From the NCBI GenBank assembly GCA_050184585.1, contig JBFXAF010000009.1, positions 37,695 through 101,694 on the forward strand: 64,000 bases of DNA, written 5' to 3'. The notes under the pieces were generated by a model. It searched no databases. It saw only the letters and a list, made by a program, of their open reading frames with translations, and had not been told where the DNA came from. A program made the translations under genes and the position numbers. This DNA comes from Rhizobiaceae bacterium (GTDB taxonomy: Bacteria; Pseudomonadota; Alphaproteobacteria; Rhizobiales; Rhizobiaceae). Positions 61,703 through 64,000 of this stretch are shown piece by piece. The number at the start of each line of letters is the position of its first letter. The first letter of the stretch is position 1.

Positions 61703-62899
61703 TCAGGCGCGGCGCGCCTTCGCCATGTCGGGCAGCAGGATCGTCATGAGCCCAAGGAACGGCAGGAAGGAGCAGATCCAGTAGACGAAATCGATGCCGC
61801 GCGCGTCGGCGATGACGCCGAGCACCGCCGCGGCGATGCCGCCCATGCCGAAGGCGAAACCGAAGAATATCCCGGCGATCATGCCGACGCGGCCGGGCAC
61901 CAGCTCCTGCGCGAACACGACGATCGCCGGAAAGGCCGACGCCATGATCATCGATACGAGACCGGTCAGGATCACGGTCCAGGTCAGGTCGACATAGGGA
62001 AGCGCCAGCGTGAAGGGCAGCACGCCGAGGATCGAGAACCAGATCACGTTCTTAGCGCCGATGCGATCGCCGAGCGGGCCGCCGAGGATGGTGCCGAGGG
62101 CTGCCGCGCCGAGCAGCACGAAGAGCAGCACCTGAGAATCCTGCACCGACACGCCGAACTTCTCGATGACGAAGAACGTGTAGTAGCTCGACAGGCTGGC
62201 CATGTAGGCGTTCTTGGAGAACGTCAGCACGGCGAGCGCAACCAGCGCGATCACAACCGTGCGCTTTGCAAAGGGCAGCGTCCGGGCGGTCTGCCTGCGT
62301 TTTGCCGCAGCGACCAGATGCGCGGCATACCAGACGCCGACGCGCCACAGGATGACCATCCCGGCGAGCGCGGCGAGCGTGAACCACGAGACGCTCTCCT
62401 GTCCGCGCGGGACGACGATGAAGGCGGCCAGCAGCGGTCCGATGGCCGTGCCGATGTTGCCGCCGACCTGGAAGACCGACTGCGCGAGGCCATAGCGCCC
62501 GCCCGACGCCAGGCGCGCGACGCGCGAGGACTCGGGATGGAAGATCGCCGAGCCGATGCCGATGAAGGCGGCGCCCAGCAGCAGCAGCGGATAGGCATGG
62601 GCGAAGGCGAGGAGCACGAGGCCGATGGCGCTCATGCCCATGCCGACGGCGAGCGAATAGGGCAGCGGTCGCTTGTCCGTGTAGAGGCCGACGACCGGCT
62701 GCAGCAGCGAGGCCGTGACCTGGAAGGTGAAGGTGAGGAGCCCGATCTGCCAGAAGTCGAGGCCGTAGTCGGCCTTGAGCATCGGGTACAGCGCCGAGAG
62801 CAGCGACTGCATCACGTCGTTCAGGAAATGGCAGATGCTGACCGCCACGATGACCGCGAAGACCGTCCGGTCCACATGCGTCGCCGGCTGCTCGGCCAT
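61703..62899 (-). CDS. MFS transporter (Fsr-like)
   Basis: 12-TM profile. ATG 62899; the track start at 62923 is TTG. Confidence 0.85.
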   Translation of the reverse strand: MAEQPATHVDRTVFAVIVAVSICHFLNDVMQSLLSALYPMLKADYGLDFWQIGLLTFTFQVTASLLQPVVGLYTDKRPLPYSLAVGMGMSAIGLVLLAFAHAYPLLLLGAAFIGIGSAIFHPESSRVARLASGGRYGLAQSVFQVGGNIGTAIGPLLAAFIVVPRGQESVSWFTLAALAGMVILWRVGVWYAAHLVAAAKRRQTARTLPFAKRTVVIALVALAVLTFSKNAYMASLSSYYTFFVIEKFGVSVQDSQVLLFVLLGAAALGTILGGPLGDRIGAKNVIWFSILGVLPFTLALPYVDLTWTVILTGLVSMIMASAFPAIVVFAQELVPGRVGMIAGIFFGFAFGMGGIAAAVLGVIADARGIDFVYWICSFLPFLGLMTILLPDMAKARRA

Positions 62900-62938
62900 G
62901 CCTGCTGCTGTCGTATCCGCCAAAGTCGTCGTCCCGTC

Positions 62939-63571
62939 CTAACGCTGCGCTTCAGTTGCCATCTTGACGGCAAATGCCCCGAGCACCCCGCCCATAGCCC
63001 ACCGCTGCATCGCGGACCAGAAGGGACGCGTCGCCAGGAAGCCGGCGATGGATCCCGCCGTGACGACGATCATCGAGTTGACCGTCACGCTGATGGCGAT
63101 CTGCATGAGACCCAGAACGAGCAGTTGCGTCATGACGCTGCCGCTGGCCGGTTCGATGAACTGCGGCAGCAGCGACAGGTAGACCATCGCGATCTTGGGA
63201 TTGAGCAGATTGGTGAGAATGCCCATCATGAACAGCCGCGGCGCGCGGTCGCGGGGCAATGCCCGCACCTGAAACGGCGATCTGCCGCCGGGCCGCACGG
63301 TCTGCCAGGCGAGCCAGAGGAGGTAGAGCGCACCGGCGATGCGCAACGCGTCGTAGGCGAACGGCACGGCGATCAGCAGCGCGGTGATGCCGAGCGCTGC
63401 GGCCAGCATCCAGAAGATGAAGCCGGTCGCCACGCCGCCCAGCGAGATGAAGCCGGCGGCGGGCCCCTGCGAGATCGATCGCGAGACGAGATAGATCATG
63501 TTCGGACCCGGCGTCAGCACCATGCCGAGCGCGAGCAGCGCGAAGGCGATCAGGTTGGCAGGCTCGGGCAT
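62939..63571 (-). CDS. LysE family amino-acid translocator
   Basis: 210 aa with the typical N-terminus (FALLALGMVLTPGPNMIYLVSRS). Confidence 0.85.
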   Translation of the reverse strand: MPEPANLIAFALLALGMVLTPGPNMIYLVSRSISQGPAAGFISLGGVATGFIFWMLAAALGITALLIAVPFAYDALRIAGALYLLWLAWQTVRPGGRSPFQVRALPRDRAPRLFMMGILTNLLNPKIAMVYLSLLPQFIEPASGSVMTQLLVLGLMQIAISVTVNSMIVVTAGSIAGFLATRPFWSAMQRWAMGGVLGAFAVKMATEAQR

Positions 63572-63673
63572 GGATGGCGTTCCGCGGGAGACGGCGGAAA
63601 CTGGAGGATGCGCCTCAACCCTGCAAGCGCAACTTTCGGGCGATCGATTGGCCCAGCCGGGATTTCGCGGCCT

Positions 63674-64000
63674 TCAGCCTACGATCCGCAGGTTGGACAG
63701 TTCGTCGGCGATTTCCTTGAACGCGTTCGAGAGGTTGCTGCCGGTGGCGTTCCAGAACAGTTTCGCCGGCAGGCCGGTCGAAGGATCCTTGCGGAAACGC
63801 GATTCCGACGAGCAGGTCTTGAGCGCCTGGATCTGGGCGTTCTCGTCGGTGTTGGATGTGGAAAGATCGAGCGAGACGGTCATGACCAGCACGTTGCCTG
63901 CCTTTGCATTCGAGCAAAGAGCCGCCATCTGCTCGTTGAGGGCCTTGGTGTAGTTGGAGTTCGAATAGTCGAACTGGCCCACCGCGGCCGAGACGCCCAT
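63674..64000 (-). CDS. C-terminal part of a vWA/TadG-like protein (5' end outside the window)
   Basis: The ORF reaches the window edge. Its tail (...LKTCSS...FWNATGSNLSNAFKEIADELSNLRIVG) resembles C-termini of vWA-domain pilus-assembly proteins. Weak, memory-based call. Confidence 0.4.
   Translation of the reverse strand: MGVSAAVGQFDYSNSNYTKALNEQMAALCSNAKAGNVLVMTVSLDLSTSNTDENAQIQALKTCSSESRFRKDPSTGLPAKLFWNATGSNLSNAFKEIADELSNLRIVG

Overview
High-GC chromosomal segment that looks alphaproteobacterial, probably Rhizobiales. Supporting features: a perfect CIRCE operator before groESL, a hisS-hisZ-hisG cluster, plant-type gshA, and a RIME/REP-like palindromic intergenic repeat. Taxon and family calls rest on motifs I recognise in the translations; no database search was possible. 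Most of the window is ordinary core metabolism and transport: nhaA; a gamma-glutamyl-polyamine-type GS-like/FAD-oxidase pair; aceA with a divergent RamB-like regulator; potFGHI; acetoacetyl-CoA synthetase; groESL; a TRAP dctPQM transporter; fumC; tag; glcDEF; a GntR-lutABC operon; gshA; and assorted regulators and transporters. The many long antisense ORFs in the track are high-GC artefacts. Three places look accessory. (1) 32700..36218 is a self-contained two-gene cassette wedged between groEL and a TauE/SafE gene. It encodes a signal-less, presumably cytoplasmic S8 subtilase with an unassignable ~340 aa N-terminus, plus a ComEC-type MBL-fold protein. I know of no described S8+MBL system, so this is my best candidate for an undescribed conflict or regulated-proteolysis module. 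(2) ~2760..5290 is a low-GC islet carrying an unknown ~226 aa protein translationally coupled (ATGA overlap) to an XRE-HTH::ImmA/IrrE (intact HELGH) fusion. This looks like a toxin/effector plus protease-switch module. (3) 8139..8607 holds a four-helix-bundle (23S-IVS/Avd family) gene inserted between two operon genes and bracketed by inverted arrays of the octamer CTACTGCC (8.5 tandem copies on one side). Smaller observations: a candidate sRNA locus with an orphan terminator; repeated TGTCAA and palindromic operator candidates; a ParE-type TA pair; a 47% GC patch inside hisS; and an unannotated 46-codon ORF. Start codons were re-inspected by hand where the ORF track began at TTG/GTG or included obvious antisense extensions.
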